Part shown: positions 1 through 7,179 of the stretch, in pieces
Layout: every line of letters begins with the position of its first letter
Position numbering within the stretch: position 1 is the first letter of the stretch
Assembly (NCBI GenBank): GCA_964576115.1
Contig: CAZNUA010000012.1
Location: 55,731 to 75,730, forward strand
Origin: an uncultured Gemmatimonadota bacterium
Lineage (GTDB): Bacteria; Blakebacterota; Blakebacteria; Blakebacterales; Blakebacteraceae
DNA: 20,000 nucleotides
Direction: 5' to 3'
Made by a program: the position numbers and the translations under genes
Notes under the pieces: generated by a model
Told to the model about the DNA's origin: nothing
What the model saw: only the letters and a program-made list of their open reading frames with translations
Databases searched by the model: none

Positions 1-459
1 GAACGGGGAGTAGCCGAGATGCTGCACAATCTTTGCCACCGCACCGAGGCGACCATGGAGCGGATCTACGGCGGCTGGGAGGTCGACCGGCTCGACACCA
101 ACTGGGCTCGCTTCGCGGCCAACGCCCACCAGTCGGGAGGAGTGGCGGCGGTGGGGACCTGCCACTTCCCGCCCAACGGCGAGGCCCACTACGACTACGA
201 CAATCCCCGGGTGGTGCAGAGTTCGGCTGTGGACTGGCTCGCATTTCCCGACCTGACCGGCCGCAGGGCACCGGTTAGCTGCGAGACCTGGGGCGGCCCC
301 GATTATCAGCTCAACTATCTGCGGTGGTGGTTCTCCCACCTGCCGCAGGCCGCCTGTACGAATTCCGACGGTCGGCTCAACAACTGGTGGGAGTACGTCT
401 TCGGTTTCTGGATGTACGCTGCCGACGGTTCGCCGTTGACCACCGATCCGGCACCCTGA
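1..459 (+). CDS. Hypothetical protein, C-terminal part (5' truncated by the window edge); Trp-rich with an HxxxH motif
   Basis: Frame is open from base 1 (GAA CGG GGA GTA GCC GAG ATG = ERGVAEM...) to TGA at 457-459. Codon usage is GC3-rich. Motifs EMLHNLCHRTE, GTCHFPPNG, YLRWWFSHLP and LNNWWEYV look like conserved coding sequence. The product is not recognised. Confidence 0.75.
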   Translation, partial: ERGVAEMLHNLCHRTEATMERIYGGWEVDRLDTNWARFAANAHQSGGVAAVGTCHFPPNGEAHYDYDNPRVVQSSAVDWLAFPDLTGRRAPVSCETWGGPDYQLNYLRWWFSHLPQAACTNSDGRLNNWWEYVFGFWMYAADGSPLTTDPAP

Positions 460-507
460 ATCGAGCGGGTGCCGACTGCAATCTCCGCCTGCAAGGAGGC
501 AGATGTC

Positions 508-3500
508 ATGATCGCTTTCTCCCCCGTCAACCGCACCTGCCGGGGTTCGGCTCGGGCCCGGCGCGTCACCTTTATCGCTTTCCTGCTCGCCCTGGCGCTT
601 GCGTGCGGTCCGGGCATCGTTCCCGGCACGGTTTCCCGCGTGGCGGCTCAGAGGGCTCCGGACGTAAGCGGCGAGCTGTTCGGCCAACTGGCCCTGCGCG
701 GTATCGGACCGGCCAACATGAGCGGACGGGTGGTGGATCTGGCAGTTTTCGAGAGCGATCCAACTCTCTTCTACGTGGCCACCGCCACCGGGGGATTGTG
801 GAAGACTGACAACAACGGGGTGACCTTTACCTGTGTCTTCGAACGTGAGGCGGTCCACTCGATCGGGGCCGTGACGCTCTGTCAGACCAATCCCGACCTG
901 ATCTGGGTCGGTACCGGTGAGCGGGCCAACCGGCAGAGTTCGGGCTGGGGCAACGGCGTCTACCGCTCCACCGACGGAGGACGGAGCTGGCACAACCTGG
1001 GGCTGCGCGATTCCCGCCACATCGGCCGGATCGCCATCGATCCCACCGACTCCGACATCGTCTTCGTGGCGGCCATGGGCCATCTCTGGGGCCCGAATGC
1101 CGAACGCGGGCTCTACCGCACCACTGACGGCGGCCGCAGCTGGGAGCAGGTGCTCTTCATCGACGATGATACCGGGGTGGTCGACGTGGCCATCGATCCC
1201 GATGATCCGTCCATCGTGTACGCCGCCACCTACCAGCGGCGCCGCCGGACTTTCGGTTTTCACGGTGGGGGGCCGGGGAGCGGACTCTGGAAATCCACCG
1301 ACTCCGGAAGGAACTGGTGCGAGCTCACCCGCGGTCTGCCCGAGGGGGACAAGGGCCGGATCGGTATCTCGATCTACCGCCGCGATCCGCGTATCGTGTA
1401 TGTCTGCGTGGAACAGGGCTGGCGCTACAACGCCTCGACCGCCTACGGCGAGCGGCGGGCCGGCGTTTACCGCTCGGAAGACCGCGGCGAGAACTTCACG
1501 CACATGAGCGATTGGAATCCCCGGCCGATGTACGCCAGCCAGATCTACGTCGACCCCAATGACGATCGCCGGGTCTACATGCAGAACTCCTTCAGTGTCT
1601 CGACCGACGCCGGTCAGACCTTCCACTCCATCAGCAACTCCCTGCACGGCGACGATCGCATTGTCTGGGTCGACCCGGCCGATTCCCGTCACCTGATCAA
1701 GGGCGACGACGGCGGGCTTGGAATCTCGTGGGATCGGGCCGAAAGCTTCCTCTACCTGCCTCACCTGCCCGTGAGTCAGTTCTACCGGGTGGGGGTCGAC
1801 TATGCCGAGCCCTTCAATATCTACGGCGGTCTGCAGGATAACGGCAGCTGGTACGGTCCCAGTGCCACGTATCGACGGGAGGGGATCCTGAACGAGGACT
1901 GGATCCGCACCGGGGGCGGAGACGGTTTCTTCAACGTTCCCGATCCCGCCGACGAACGCACTCTGTACACCGAATCGCAGTACCTCATGCTCTCACGCCG
2001 CGATCTGGTGACCGGCGAGAGCCAGTCGATCCGCCCCGGCGATCCGCACGGAGCCATCGGCGCCCGCCGCAACTGGGATGCCTGGGGACCGGGGCTGCCC
2101 GAGCCGGAACTGGGCAACGCCATGGCGCCGGCCAACTGGGACGGACCTTTCATCCTCAGCCCGCACGATCCGCAGACCGTCTACGCCGGCACCGACACTC
2201 TGTGGCGGAGCACCGACCGCGGCCGGACCTGGACCTCGCTGGGGGATATGACGACCGGTACCAACCGGCGCGAGTTGCTCATCATGGGCCAGCGGCCGCA
2301 TGACGAGACCCTTTCGCTCGACGACGGTATCCCCTACTGGCCGACGATCACGGCCATCGAGGAGTCGCCGGACGTGCGCGGTCTGCTGTACGTCGGCACC
2401 GACGACGGCAACCTGCAGGTTTCCGCCGATAACGGACAGACCTGGACCAACGTGGCCGACCGTTTTCCCGGCCTGCCGGGGCCCCGGTGGGTGTCCGATA
2501 TCGAGGCCTCCCACTACCGGGTCGGGGTGGTGTATGCAGCCTTCGACGGGCACCGCAGCGACGACAACGGCAATTATCTCTATCGCTCCGAGGACCGGGG
2601 GCAGAACTGGCGTTCGATCACCGGCGACCTGCCCCCCGAACGAGTGGTCCGGGCTGTGCATGAGGATCCGCGCAATCCGGAGGTGCTCTGGCTGGGGACA
2701 GAATTCGGCTGCTTCGTCACGCTCGATGGCGGCGGGCACTGGGTGGAGCTGAAGAACAACCTGCCGACTGTGGCGGTCAACGACCTGCTGGTGCACCCCC
2801 GCGACAACGATCTGGTGCTCGGCACCCACGGGCGCGGCATCTGGATTCTCGACAACGTCAATGCACTGCAGGAACTCACTCCCGGGGTCGTTGCTTCTCC
2901 GGTCCATCTCTTCACCATCGAACCGGCCGTCATGATCCGCCTGCAGAGCGAAAAGGCTCACAGCGGCGATATGATCTTCCGCGGGCCCAACCCCCCCGCG
3001 GGAGCGATCATCGATTTCTGGCTCTCAGCCGACGACCCGGCCGACTTCTCGCTCGAGGTCCTCGACGCCGCCGGGCAGTGGGTGGCCGACGTGCGGGTGC
3101 GTTCGCCCCGGCGCGGAATCAACCGGGCTGTCTGGAATCTGCGCTGTTCCCCCTTTTATGCCGGGCCGGGCCGGGAACGAGCCGAACGTTCGGGTACCTC
3201 CTTCCTCATAACTCCGGGTGAGTACACGGTCCGCCTGCAGGGCGGGGGAACGGTTTGCGAACAGATTCTCGAGGTATCAGAGGATCCGAGGATACCGGCT
3301 ACGACCACCGAACGTCGGGCCTGGACACAAAAACTCCTGAGTCTCGGCGATCTCATCCGGGACTGCGGTGTTCTCGTGCAGGAAATAAACGAAGCCGCCC
3401 CCCTGGCCGAAGCTTTGCGCGAGAGCCGACGGAACCGGGAACTCAAGACCGAAGCTGCTGAATTACAACGGATGGGCCGGGAACTCTCGAGCCGGATCCG

Positions 3501-3780
3501 CCGTCTGGCGAGCGAGATATCGGGCTGGACGGGGCTCCCCACCACCGATCAGCTGAACGAGGAAGAGTACTTCCGGGCGATGGTGGATACCCTGCGCGAG
3601 CGCCTGGAAGCCCTGCGGGAACGGCTCGGTGAGGCTGTGAAGCCCCGGCCGGGCCTTTCGGCCCCCGACCCCCCTCATCTCCCGGTCGGATTGAGGGATT
3701 GCGGGCGGGGATCCGAACGCGAGCTGCGTCAATTTGTTACACAGAGCTCTGAAGCGCGGGAATACGGACATAACATGTAA
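508..3780 (+). CDS. Exported VPS10/sortilin-like BNR (Asp-box) repeat beta-propeller protein (GH74-like glycosyl hydrolase annotation)
   Basis: AAGGAGG at 493-499 lies 8 nt before ATG 508. The N-terminus has a basic then hydrophobic signal (RARRVTFIAFLLALALAC). Family start motif RGIGPANMSGRVVD. Many Asp-boxes (WKTDNNGVTF, YRSTDGGRSW, YRTTDGGRSW, WKSTDSGRNW, WRSTDRGRTW, YRSEDRGQNW). Also YGGLQDNGSW, GGGDGF and LVLGTHGRGIWILD, with a helical C-terminal tail. Confidence 0.9.
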   Translation: MIAFSPVNRTCRGSARARRVTFIAFLLALALACGPGIVPGTVSRVAAQRAPDVSGELFGQLALRGIGPANMSGRVVDLAVFESDPTLFYVATATGGLWKTDNNGVTFTCVFEREAVHSIGAVTLCQTNPDLIWVGTGERANRQSSGWGNGVYRSTDGGRSWHNLGLRDSRHIGRIAIDPTDSDIVFVAAMGHLWGPNAERGLYRTTDGGRSWEQVLFIDDDTGVVDVAIDPDDPSIVYAATYQRRRRTFGFHGGGPGSGLWKSTDSGRNWCELTRGLPEGDKGRIGISIYRRDPRIVYVCVEQGWRYNASTAYGERRAGVYRSEDRGENFTHMSDWNPRPMYASQIYVDPNDDRRVYMQNSFSVSTDAGQTFHSISNSLHGDDRIVWVDPADSRHLIKGDDGGLGISWDRAESFLYLPHLPVSQFYRVGVDYAEPFNIYGGLQDNGSWYGPSATYRREGILNEDWIRTGGGDGFFNVPDPADERTLYTESQYLMLSRRDLVTGESQSIRPGDPHGAIGARRNWDAWGPGLPEPELGNAMAPANWDGPFILSPHDPQTVYAGTDTLWRSTDRGRTWTSLGDMTTGTNRRELLIMGQRPHDETLSLDDGIPYWPTITAIEESPDVRGLLYVGTDDGNLQVSADNGQTWTNVADRFPGLPGPRWVSDIEASHYRVGVVYAAFDGHRSDDNGNYLYRSEDRGQNWRSITGDLPPERVVRAVHEDPRNPEVLWLGTEFGCFVTLDGGGHWVELKNNLPTVAVNDLLVHPRDNDLVLGTHGRGIWILDNVNALQELTPGVVASPVHLFTIEPAVMIRLQSEKAHSGDMIFRGPNPPAGAIIDFWLSADDPADFSLEVLDAAGQWVADVRVRSPRRGINRAVWNLRCSPFYAGPGRERAERSGTSFLITPGEYTVRLQGGGTVCEQILEVSEDPRIPATTTERRAWTQKLLSLGDLIRDCGVLVQEINEAAPLAEALRESRRNRELKTEAAELQRMGRELSSRIRRLASEISGWTGLPTTDQLNEEEYFRAMVDTLRERLEALRERLGEAVKPRPGLSAPDPPHLPVGLRDCGRGSERELRQFVTQSSEAREYGHNM

Positions 3781-3862
3781 GTACTTTCATTGTATTTATG
3801 TTTTTTCGCGGTTTTTCCCTGTTTCTGAAGAGAGAGTTCCTTAGGTTGAAAATAACGTTCAT
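3765..3862. promoter_or_regulatory. AT-rich intergenic promoter/operator region upstream of the aminomutase operon
   Basis: GC content drops sharply here. Palindrome AAGTACTT (3779-3786) sits inside the inverted pair ACATAA (3768-3773) / TTATGT (3796-3801). TTGAAA at 3846-3851 is -35-like. No unambiguous -10 element. Confidence 0.4.
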
Positions 3863-3870
3863 CTTCCGCA

Positions 3871-3946
3871 GTCTCGGTACGGGGCGGGTTCAGAGTGGAC
3901 CCGCAACCCGTCAGGCCCGCCCGGTACCCCGCGGGCTCTGCGAGAC
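3871..3946 (+). promoter_or_regulatory. Candidate structured 5' leader (possible cis-regulatory RNA) with alternative pairings
   Basis: GGTACGGGGCGGG (3876-3888) pairs 12/13 with CCCGCCCGGTACC (3916-3928). Alternatively GCGGGTTCA-gag-TGGACCCGC (3884-3904) forms a hairpin, extended by ACGGG/CCCGT. GTCTC (3871-3875) / GAGAC (3942-3946) closes the region. Confidence 0.35.
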
Positions 3947-4049
3947 AAGTACCAGTATCCGAGCGCAATACCCCCGTCAGGTCAGGTGCGACTGCTCCTG
4001 TGCCTGTATACAGTGAACCACCACTCAGCCCCTCGAGGTGAATCACGTT

Positions 4050-5357
4050 ATGTCCCCGACAACCACGAATCGTGAAACGGTCATCGAGAGAATCTGTGAA
4101 GACGGCGTCACCGCCGACTGGAAGGACTGGCGCTGGCAGATCAAGAACGCGGTGAGGGATCTCGACACCCTGCAGCGGGTTCTCGATATCACCTTCGACG
4201 ACGAGGAGAGACTGGATCTGGAACGGACGGTGGCGAAGTTCCCCTTCTCAGCCACCCCGTACTATCTCTCCCTGATCGACACCGCCAATTACCGTAATGA
4301 CCCGGTCTTCAAACAGGCGGTGCCCGATCCCCTCGAACTGATCACCGAAAACTGCGAGATGACCGATCCCCTGGCCGAGGACAAGGACAGTCCGGTGCCG
4401 GGGATTACCCACCGGTACTACGACCGGGTTCTGTTGCTGGTCAGCAACACCTGTTCGATGTACTGCCGCCACTGCACGCGCAAGCGCAAGGTGGGCGATG
4501 CCGATTCGATCCCCACCCGCGATATCATCGACACCGGTCTCGACTACATCCGTTCCACTCCCCGGGTGCGCGACGTGCTGCTCTCGGGCGGCGATCCCCT
4601 CATGCTCAAGGACGAATACCTCGATTACATCCTGACCGAACTGGACGCCATCGACCACGTCGAGGTGGTCCGGATCGGAACCCGCATGCCGGCGGTCCTG
4701 CCCTTCCGGATCACCGACGAGCTGGTCGAGATGCTCAAACGTCACCACCCGCTGTGGGTCAACACCCACTTCAACCACCCCCGCGAGCTCTCGGGGTCAG
4801 CCCGAGCCGCCCTGGCCCGGCTGGCCGATGCCGGGATACCGCTGGGGAACCAGAGCGTGCTACTGGCCGGCGTGAACGACTGCCCGCGGATCATCAAGCG
4901 GCTCGGTCATCTACTGGTGCAGAACCGGGTCCGGCCCTACTACCTCTATCAGTGCGATCTCTCCGAGGGGCTGTCGCACTTCCGCACCCCGGTCGGCAAG
5001 GGGATCGAGATCATGGAGAACCTGATCGGTCACACCAGCGGGTTCTCGATCCCACGCTACGTGATCGACGCTCCCGAAGGTGGCGGCAAGATCCCGATTC
5101 AGCCCAACTACATGATCTCGCGCGGGACCAACAAGGTCGTCCTGCGTAACCACGAGGGCGTGATTACGGTCTACGAAGAACCCGACTCCTACCAGCAGAC
5201 CTTCTGCGACCGCAACTGCGCCGAGTGCGAGCTGGAGCTCGATCTCGACGAGGCCGGCGAGTACACCGCCACGGGGATCTACCAGCTTCTTTCCACCTGG
5301 GACGACACCATCAGCCTGACCCCCGAAGGAACAGAGCGCCTCGAGCGGCGCGACTGA
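4050..5357 (+). CDS. ablA: Lysine 2,3-aminomutase (radical SAM/PLP, KamA family, AblA-like C-terminus)
   Basis: RBS GAGGTG at 4035-4040, ATG at 4050. Motifs: [20 protein letters not shown]; radical [11 protein letters not shown] followed by [38 protein letters not shown] and [11 protein letters not shown] retain the two lysine-binding Asp residues and the PLP Lys of C. subterminale LAM. C-terminal Cys cluster CDRNCAEC. Confidence 0.9.
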   Translation: MSPTTTNRETVIERICEDGVTADWKDWRWQIKNAVRDLDTLQRVLDITFDDEERLDLERTVAKFPFSATPYYLSLIDTANYRNDPVFKQAVPDPLELITENCEMTDPLAEDKDSPVPGITHRYYDRVLLLVSNTCSMYCRHCTRKRKVGDADSIPTRDIIDTGLDYIRSTPRVRDVLLSGGDPLMLKDEYLDYILTELDAIDHVEVVRIGTRMPAVLPFRITDELVEMLKRHHPLWVNTHFNHPRELSGSARAALARLADAGIPLGNQSVLLAGVNDCPRIIKRLGHLLVQNRVRPYYLYQCDLSEGLSHFRTPVGKGIEIMENLIGHTSGFSIPRYVIDAPEGGGKIPIQPNYMISRGTNKVVLRNHEGVITVYEEPDSYQQTFCDRNCAECELELDLDEAGEYTATGIYQLLSTWDDTISLTPEGTERLERRD

Positions 5358-5366
5358 GAGGACCGC

Positions 5367-5858
5367 ATGAGCACCCGCATTCTCATCGTCGGCAGCTGGG
5401 CCAAGGAGCAGATCACGGTCGAGAATATCAGGCGCGCGGACGACTACGAGGTCCATGCCTGGCTCGACACCAACAATCCCGGCATCACCGGTCAGGTGGA
5501 CGGCTTCGAGATCGGCAGTCTGTATGCGATCGACGAGATCGTGGACTACGCCGTCCGGCAGACCGTCGACCTGGTCCTGCCGACCACTGCGTCCCCGCTC
5601 TCGGCCGGGCTTGTCGATGCCCTCTCGGCCAAACAGGTGCCGGTCTTCGGTCCCGTCCGGGACGCCGCCCGGCTCGAATCGGACAAAGCCTGGACCCGCC
5701 GGCTGATGCAGAAGTGCTGTCCCGAGGCGATTCCCTCCTTCCGTGTCTTCACCGACCGGGACGAGGCCGTGGCTCATGCCCGCGAGCGCGACTTTGAAGT
5801 GGCCGTGAAGCCGACCGGTCTCACCGAAGGGCTCGGGGTCAGGGTTTTCGGCGATCAG
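5367..5858 (+). CDS. PurD (GAR synthetase)-like ATP-grasp ligase, divergent paralog; N-terminal ~164 aa only, truncated by the gap
   Basis: RBS GAGGA at 5358-5362; ATG is 9 nt after the ablA stop. Aligns by eye to the PurD N and B domains: RILIVGSWAKE (vs KVLVIGxGGRE), NNPGI, PLSAGLVDAL, VFGPVRDAARLESDKAWTRRLM, VAVKPTGLTEGLGVRV. Confidence 0.75.
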
Positions 5859-5958
5859 NNNNNNNNNNNNNNNNNNNNNNNNNNNNNNNNNNNNNNNNNN
5901 NNNNNNNNNNNNNNNNNNNNNNNNNNNNNNNNNNNNNNNNNNNNNNNNNNNNNNNNNN
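5859..5958. other. Scaffold gap (100 N), real missing sequence of unknown length
   Basis: Flanks are not duplicated. The PurD-like gene enters the gap with less than half of a typical PurD length (~420 aa) and does not re-emerge. Confidence 0.9.
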
Positions 5959-5959
5959 C

Positions 5960-6448
5960 ATGACCCTGACAATCCGACAGGCCCGTGAGGACGATTTCCT
6001 CCGGGTTCATGCCTTCATCGACCGCTGTGAGATCCTCGTCACACATCCCGAACACGTCTATCGGATCATTTTGCGTTATTTCGCCGACAGCTGTTACGTG
6101 GCCGAGCGCGACGGCGAGATCGTCGGTTTCCAGATGGGCTTTCTCTCCCAGCGCCACCCCGGAACGTATTTCCTCTGGCAGATCGGAACCGATCCCGCCC
6201 TGCGTCGCCAGGGAGTCGGCCGGGCCCTGCTGGCGCACGCCGAGGAGGATCTGCGCGACAGCGGTTGCGAGCGGATCGAGGTCACCATCGATCCCGAGAA
6301 CGTCGCGTCTGTCCGGATGTTCGAAAAACGGGGCTATGTCAATATCAGCCGCCGCGAAGGCGACACGGTCGAAGTGAACGATATGACAGCCGTGAAAGAT
6401 TTCTACAGCCCCGGCCGCCACTTTGTCCTGCTCGAGAAGGTCCTGTAA
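5960..6448 (+). CDS. GNAT N-acetyltransferase resembling EctA (diaminobutyrate acetyltransferase) family
   Basis: YFADSCYVAERDGEIVGFQMGF, PGTYFLWQIGTDPALRRQGVGRALL (acetyl-CoA motif A, RxxGxG) and IEVTIDPENVASVRMFEK match the EctA-type pattern FADT.VVAE..GE.VGF / T.FVWQVAV / TI...N.AS..LF. The ATG is at the gap edge, so the true start is uncertain. Confidence 0.85.
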   Translation: MTLTIRQAREDDFLRVHAFIDRCEILVTHPEHVYRIILRYFADSCYVAERDGEIVGFQMGFLSQRHPGTYFLWQIGTDPALRRQGVGRALLAHAEEDLRDSGCERIEVTIDPENVASVRMFEKRGYVNISRREGDTVEVNDMTAVKDFYSPGRHFVLLEKVL

Positions 6449-6526
6449 GATACAGCCTGTCACAGGTCCGGGTACGGTCCAGACGATCCGGATGATCTCA
6501 GACTGTCTGACGGACTCGATGCCGGC

Positions 6527-6616
6527 GTGAAGAGCGCTTTCAACCGGCCGCTTTTCGCCAGCTATCTCCTGATCGTGATCCTGGTTCTGCTGCCGGTTCT
6601 GATACTCCTCTTCTGA
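6527..6616 (+). CDS. Candidate 29-aa single-pass membrane peptide (MKSAFNRPLFASYLLIVILVLLPVLILLF)
   Basis: Translated manually: GTG 6527 to TGA 6614-6616. Basic N-terminus followed by a strongly hydrophobic stretch of about 20 aa, with mostly G/C-ending codons. The RBS is weak. Not in the ORF track. Confidence 0.4.
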   Translation: MKSAFNRPLFASYLLIVILVLLPVLILLF

Positions 6617-6834
6617 TCGGCGCCGTCGCCGGCTTCCTGTCCGCTCGATGGACCAGCCGGGTCGCGTTCGAAGGGCCCGCGATTTTCCGGTAACTATTTC
6701 GACCGTGGGATCGTTCAATACATCAGTTCGTGATATCACTTTCATAGGTCATGGCCGGGAACGTGGCCGGGAGCCAGACGAGTATCCTTCTCCTCTTTCG
6801 GTGCGACCGGGTTTCGAGAGTCAGGAGTCAGACG

Positions 6835-7179
6835 GTGAGCGGTATCGATAGTATTTACGGAACGGTCGATCTGATGATCCTGCAGACGCTGCAGGCAGAA
6901 GGCCCGCTGCACGGCCTGGGGATCGCCGAGGAGATCCACCGGGTCTCGGAAACCGAGGTCAGCGTGGAAGACAGCGCGCTGTACCCCGCTCTGCGCCGGC
7001 TCGAGGAGCAGGGTCTGATCGAGGGGGAATGGAAGATCTCCGAGCGCGGACGGCGGGCCCGGTTCTACGATCTGACACCGCGCGGACGAGAACACCTCGA
7101 TGTCCAGACGAAGGAATGGGCCCGGCGGGTGGGCGTCATCGGCCGCGTGCTCGGCTTCGGGGGGGTGAGGATCCGATGA
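6835..7179 (+). CDS. PadR-family transcriptional regulator (acidobacterial type)
   Basis: AGGAG at 6823-6827 before GTG 6835. GTVDLMILQTL, PLHGLGIAEEI, SALYPALRRLEEQGLIEGEW, RRARFYDLTPRGR; 114 aa. Directly upstream of an ADOP permease. Confidence 0.9.
   Translation: MSGIDSIYGTVDLMILQTLQAEGPLHGLGIAEEIHRVSETEVSVEDSALYPALRRLEEQGLIEGEWKISERGRRARFYDLTPRGREHLDVQTKEWARRVGVIGRVLGFGGVRIR

Noticed and set aside
469-507. ORF-track upstream starts (469, 4038, 6751, 14079, 14145)
   Set aside because: Clear Shine-Dalgarno sequences and family N-termini support 508, 4050, 6835, 14166 and 14001 instead.
3779-3806. dif/Xer recombination site
   Set aside because: TTATGTT resembles a XerD arm, but there is no XerC arm ending in CATAA at 6-bp spacing.
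3880-3990. SRP (4.5S) RNA or canonical c-di-AMP/lysine riboswitch
   Set aside because: TCAGG is present but the SRP GGAAGGAAGCAGC loop is not. The ydaO 5' GCTGAATC and 3' GCTAAC blocks are missing, and no L-box consensus was seen. Kept only as an unclassified structured leader.
3798-4016. 72-aa ORF as a leader peptide
   Set aside because: No RBS, atypical codon usage, no run of Lys codons suggesting attenuation, and it begins within the probable promoter.
4050-5357. EpmB (EF-P modification) or glutamate 2,3-aminomutase assignment
   Set aside because: The length (435 aa) with a Cys-rich C-terminal extension and the absence of efp/epmA argue against EpmB. The two retained Asp residues argue against glutamate specificity.
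5367-5858. Calling the gene purD
   Set aside because: The GxGGRE and GPE motifs are altered, no pur genes are nearby, and the gene is incomplete.
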